The notes under the pieces were generated by a model that was not told where the DNA came from, did no database searches, and worked only from the letters and a program-made list of their open reading frames with translations. A stretch of DNA of 20,000 nt from an uncultured virus (IMG/VR IMGVR_UViG_3300032289_002266) (lineage: Duplodnaviria; Heunggongvirae; Uroviricota; Caudoviricetes): IMG/VR virus record IMGVR_UViG_3300032289_002266. One strand, 5' to 3'. The translations under genes were made by a program, and so were the position numbers. Shown here piece by piece: positions 17,075 through 20,000 of the stretch (within the stretch, counting starts at the first letter, position 1; the number at the start of each line of letters is the position of its first letter).

Positions 17075-17298
17075 TGAATATATTTAGAATGATCGATATG
17101 CACGACGATGAGACTGGTGTCTTAATTGATATGAAATACGAAATTGTAGCCGGCTTAGAGAAAGTTATTGATATTAATATCCGAAATATTATAAATAACA
17201 TCGTCGGTGAGGTAGTACAGTTTGCTAATCCAATGTATAAATTAGCCTTCGCTAGTAACTTTCTCACGCTACTTGAACAAGAACGTAACAAACAATAA
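17074..17298 (+). CDS. Hypothetical protein
   Basis: TAATG-coupled at both ends. Confidence 0.65.
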   Translation: MNIFRMIDMHDDETGVLIDMKYEIVAGLEKVIDINIRNIINNIVGEVVQFANPMYKLAFASNFLTLLEQERNKQ

Positions 17299-17480
17299 TG
17301 TATAAAGGAGTAATTGGTAAATATCGATTTGAACTCGATTCTGAAACAAATCGCATAATGGTGTATAAAGAAGGAGATGGAGTAGAGCCTATTGCTTATA
17401 TAAGCGTTAAGCTCGGTATCTCTGAAAAAGGATTCCATTACGAGATTATGTCATGGGTAGCTGATAACGGGAATCTATAA
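17298..17480 (+). CDS. Hypothetical protein
   Basis: TAATG-coupled 60-aa ORF. Confidence 0.65.
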   Translation: MYKGVIGKYRFELDSETNRIMVYKEGDGVEPIAYISVKLGISEKGFHYEIMSWVADNGNL

Positions 17481-17482
17481 AT

Positions 17483-17500
17483 AAGGAACTCTAATATAAT
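17483..17500 (+). promoter_or_regulatory. AAGGAAC-N5-TATAAT promoter
   Basis: Intergenic, 5 nt before ATG 17506. Confidence 0.7.
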
Positions 17501-17505
17501 AAGTT

Positions 17506-17754
17506 ATGTTCTGTGGATGTGGAAACCTAGTAGAGGAAGGTCGGCAGGAGCTCGGTCTTCGTAGTTGTAAATCATGTGCATTCTCTGGTCCTGATGTACC
17601 TAGGCCGCGCGGCGTAATGATTTACTCACATAAAACTTCCGGGGAAATTGAGATTCATTCAGCGGATAGTTGGAAAGAGAAGCGCAAGTATTATGTACCT
17701 AACGGTAAGGGAAGATCTTGTGTTAAGAACTTTAGTAAGAATATTGCGGTTTAG
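17506..17754 (+). CDS. C4 zinc-finger protein, DksA/TraR-like finger
   Basis: CGCGNLVEEGRQELGLRSCKSCA pattern. Confidence 0.6.
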   Translation: MFCGCGNLVEEGRQELGLRSCKSCAFSGPDVPRPRGVMIYSHKTSGEIEIHSADSWKEKRKYYVPNGKGRSCVKNFSKNIAV

Positions 17755-17763
17755 TTTTTTTAC

Positions 17764-17781
17764 AAGGAACACTATTATAAT
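17764..17781 (+). promoter_or_regulatory. AAGGAAC-N5-TATAAT promoter
   Basis: Intergenic, 6 nt before ATG 17788. Confidence 0.7.
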
Positions 17782-17787
17782 ACTTAT

Positions 17788-17952
17788 ATGCAGTTAACAT
17801 TTGAAAATATAGTTGTATTTTTAGCATTCGTACTATATACTTGTGTATGTATTGCTCATTGCTATAAACAAAACTACGCATGGGGCGTAGTATGGGGAGG
17901 ATACGCTGTATCTAACTTAGGCTTGATTGTAGCGCAATCATTAACAAAATAA
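17788..17952 (+). CDS. Small membrane protein (54 aa, two hydrophobic segments)
   Basis: Not in ORF track. MQLTFENIVVFLAFVLYTCVCIAHCYKQNYAWGVVWGGYAVSNLGLIVAQSLTK; promoter motif directly upstream. Confidence 0.7.
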   Translation: MQLTFENIVVFLAFVLYTCVCIAHCYKQNYAWGVVWGGYAVSNLGLIVAQSLTK

Positions 17953-17990
17953 ACAACTAACAAATAGAGAGTGAGGATACCGTCATAGGA

Positions 17991-18704
17991 ATGTTCGATT
18001 ACATAAGAGTAGGAACAACTCTACCAGAGTTGCCAGATGTAGTTATCTCTTATTGGGGAGATAAAGTGAGTGATATTGCCTTTCAAACGAAAGACACGCC
18101 AAACCAAGCAATGTCAACCTATAGGATTGATGGTACTGGTCAATTGTGGGTTAAGAAAGTAGAAGGTCATTGGGAAGAAGGCAAAAAGGTTGCTGAAGAC
18201 GCACCGTTTAGTGAAAAGATGGCTGCAATGGGTCATTTTGTAGTCGATGCAGAGTGGTATGAGAAAGAATATTTTAGCGGAAATATCTGCTTCTATGAAA
18301 GCTACAGTCACCCAGAATATCACGAACTCGATGATCATGCTGGAAATAGTGATGAATGGATGAGGTTCGTCCGTGGGTGGATAGAATATTCTGCACTTTT
18401 TAAAGATGGTAAGTTAGTTGGTGATATCGAGTTAGTTAAACACGAAGAGCCGCAAAAGCTATCTGATGAAGAGCTTGCAGAAAGTAAAGCAAAGGTTGCA
18501 GCTCGACGTAAAGAAATGGAAGAGCAGTTCAGAGAGAATCGTAAAAAATACCCTACAGCTGAGCAGAAGCTTATTGATAATATCGAAAGAGAGACTAAAC
18601 TCACGAATGCTATTTTTGACGAAGAAGATCTTGGCAACGCGTTGAGTAATATTAAATTTTTAATCAAAGAATATAGAGAAAAATATGACAAATGGTATGA
18701 GTAA
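17991..18704 (+). CDS. Hypothetical phage protein
   Basis: 237-aa ORF (MFDYI..FQTKD..EYSALFKDGKL) with a charged helical C-terminus. Confidence 0.75.
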   Translation: MFDYIRVGTTLPELPDVVISYWGDKVSDIAFQTKDTPNQAMSTYRIDGTGQLWVKKVEGHWEEGKKVAEDAPFSEKMAAMGHFVVDAEWYEKEYFSGNICFYESYSHPEYHELDDHAGNSDEWMRFVRGWIEYSALFKDGKLVGDIELVKHEEPQKLSDEELAESKAKVAARRKEMEEQFRENRKKYPTAEQKLIDNIERETKLTNAIFDEEDLGNALSNIKFLIKEYREKYDKWYE

Positions 18705-18903
18705 GATATCAAAAGATAAGAGAGCTCTTGTTGAAGAGTGCAGAACGAGAGTCGCAGAACTTGCACGACTTCAAGATGAAGCGTATACTAAGTTGTGCGA
18801 ACAAGTCGAATGTGATTCAGATTGGCTTTTCGACTATATTTTTAACTCGTCACTAGGGAACAGTAAATATGATGCGTTAGCACAAGAGAAGCTTTTTGAA
18901 TGA
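18685..18903 (+). CDS. Hypothetical protein (start may be ATG 18697)
   Basis: Overlaps neighbours; ATGA-coupled to the thioredoxin gene. Confidence 0.65.
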   Translation: MTNGMSKISKDKRALVEECRTRVAELARLQDEAYTKLCEQVECDSDWLFDYIFNSSLGNSKYDALAQEKLFE

Positions 18904-19256
18904 ATACAGCAAGAAACGATATAACTGGTAGAGTAATAAAGACAGGTCCTCCGACCTCTAGCTATAGAGACGGTTGGGATATAATTTTTAATAAAAATAA
19001 ACCAACAAGCAAAAAGCTTGTACTAGCTAGTGCAACTTGGTGCGGGCCCTGTCAAGGCTTAAAAAAGCGTCTTGAAGCAGAAAATATTCTTGATAGAGTA
19101 GAGCTTAAAGATGCAGATATTGATACTATGTTCTTTAAAGATAATAATGTAAAATCAGTACCGCGTTTGTTTATTATAGAAAACGATAAAGTAGTTGAAT
19201 TTATACAAGGCGTAGAGGAGATTTATAAACGTATTAAAGAGTCTGATGAGCTATAA
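18900..19256 (+). CDS. Thioredoxin/glutaredoxin-like protein with N-terminal extension
   Basis: SATWCGPCQ active site; VKSVP cis-Pro motif. Confidence 0.85.
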   Translation: MNTARNDITGRVIKTGPPTSSYRDGWDIIFNKNKPTSKKLVLASATWCGPCQGLKKRLEAENILDRVELKDADIDTMFFKDNNVKSVPRLFIIENDKVVEFIQGVEEIYKRIKESDEL

Positions 19257-19692
19257 CTTATTTTTAGACGATCTAAGAAAACCAGAACACGCTTATATCT
19301 ATCCTAAGCGTAATGGTACTGGTTTGATCATTGAAACGCAAAGTTTAAAACATGTTTCTAATGTTGATAATGATGATTGGGTTGTTGTAAGAAACTATGA
19401 CGACTTTGTTAAAACAATAGACGAAAAAGGATTACCAGATGTTGTAAGTTTTGATCACGATCTTCACGAAGAACATATTAAACACTATTATAGCGTCACA
19501 GAAAAAACTGGCATTATTGAATATGGCAATCTAAAAATTAAAACTGGAAAACATTGCGCTGAATATCTCGTGCAACAATGTAAGACACAAAAACCTAAAA
19601 ACCTACCAGAAGTCTTTATTCACAGCGCCAATAAATGGGGCGTTGAAGAAATTAGAAAAGTATTGATCGACTCAAACCTCCCGCTATTATGA
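19246..19692 (+). CDS. Cyclic-phosphate-processing receiver-like domain protein
   Basis: LFLDDLR, VSFDHDL, TGKHCA, IHSAN motifs. Confidence 0.75.
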   Translation: MSYNLFLDDLRKPEHAYIYPKRNGTGLIIETQSLKHVSNVDNDDWVVVRNYDDFVKTIDEKGLPDVVSFDHDLHEEHIKHYYSVTEKTGIIEYGNLKIKTGKHCAEYLVQQCKTQKPKNLPEVFIHSANKWGVEEIRKVLIDSNLPLL

Positions 19693-19823
19693 AAAGATTT
19701 CCTCCAACGCCTCTGTTTACTCCATGAGTAAACACGAACCTTCCCTCGCTGGATGGTCGCGCACCTTTGATCATGAATTGACATGTGAATCCGTCGGACG
19801 CGATGGACTAGAGGACTAATTTA

Positions 19824-19841
19824 AAGGAACTGTGTTAAAAT
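19824..19841 (+). promoter_or_regulatory. AAGGAAC-N5-TAAAAT promoter
   Basis: 6 nt before ATG 19848. Confidence 0.65.
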
Positions 19842-19847
19842 AAAATT

Positions 19848-20000
19848 ATGATTAAAAGAATATTTCAAGACCTAGACGAGTGTATCTTGCATACATATGC
19901 AAACAGCATGCCGCCTAGCGAGTATGTTGAGTTTATACTCAGTGAAGACATGCATACCTATCGTACGATGATTCGTCCGTGCGCAAAGCGCCTCTTTGAA
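19848..20000 (+). CDS. HAD-superfamily phosphatase (FCP1/NIF-like), partial
   Basis: Not in ORF track. MIKRIFQDLDECILHT...TMIRPCAKRLFE shows DxD motif I and a downstream RP; runs off the window. Confidence 0.65.
   Translation, partial: MIKRIFQDLDECILHTYANSMPPSEYVEFILSEDMHTYRTMIRPCAKRLFE

Noticed and set aside
228..18766. Other short overlapping ORFs in the track (e.g. 228-440, 530-811, 1120-1440, 3970-4467, 4062-4472, 13395-13685, 16837-17438, 18335-18766)
   Set aside because: They lie antisense to or out of frame within well-supported genes, with no motifs or promoter signals.
1..20000. Stop-codon reassignment (alternative genetic code)
   Set aside because: Recognisable enzymes are full length in the standard code, coding density is high, and TAA, TGA and TAG all end plausible genes.

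Overview
AT-rich segment of a large T4-like (myovirus-type) phage genome in the standard genetic code. The left part (1-11200) carries late/structural genes: a probable tail-completion gene and a terminase large subunit fractured into two ORFs. The two halves carry an atypically split intein (33-aa IntN, 114-aa IntC, Thr+1), with a free-standing nuclease gene between them. These are followed by head-associated proteins, a gp14-like neck protein, and two paralogous Gly/Ser-rich ~15-aa-repeat fibre-like proteins flanking a GT9-like glycosyltransferase and a sulfotransferase. The right part (11246-20000) has a PD-(D/E)XK nuclease, a three-gene NDP-rhamnose pathway (NRS/ER-like epimerase-reductase, RmlA, RmlB), a DUF932 protein, a zinc-finger protein, thioredoxin, a receiver-like phosphoesterase and a partial HAD phosphatase. 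Two promoter-like motifs recur: TAAATA-N5-ATG (T4 late-type) and AAGGAAC-N5-TATAAT. Both usually lie 5-6 nt before start codons, which suggests leaderless mRNAs. All family calls come from motif recognition by eye, not from database searches.
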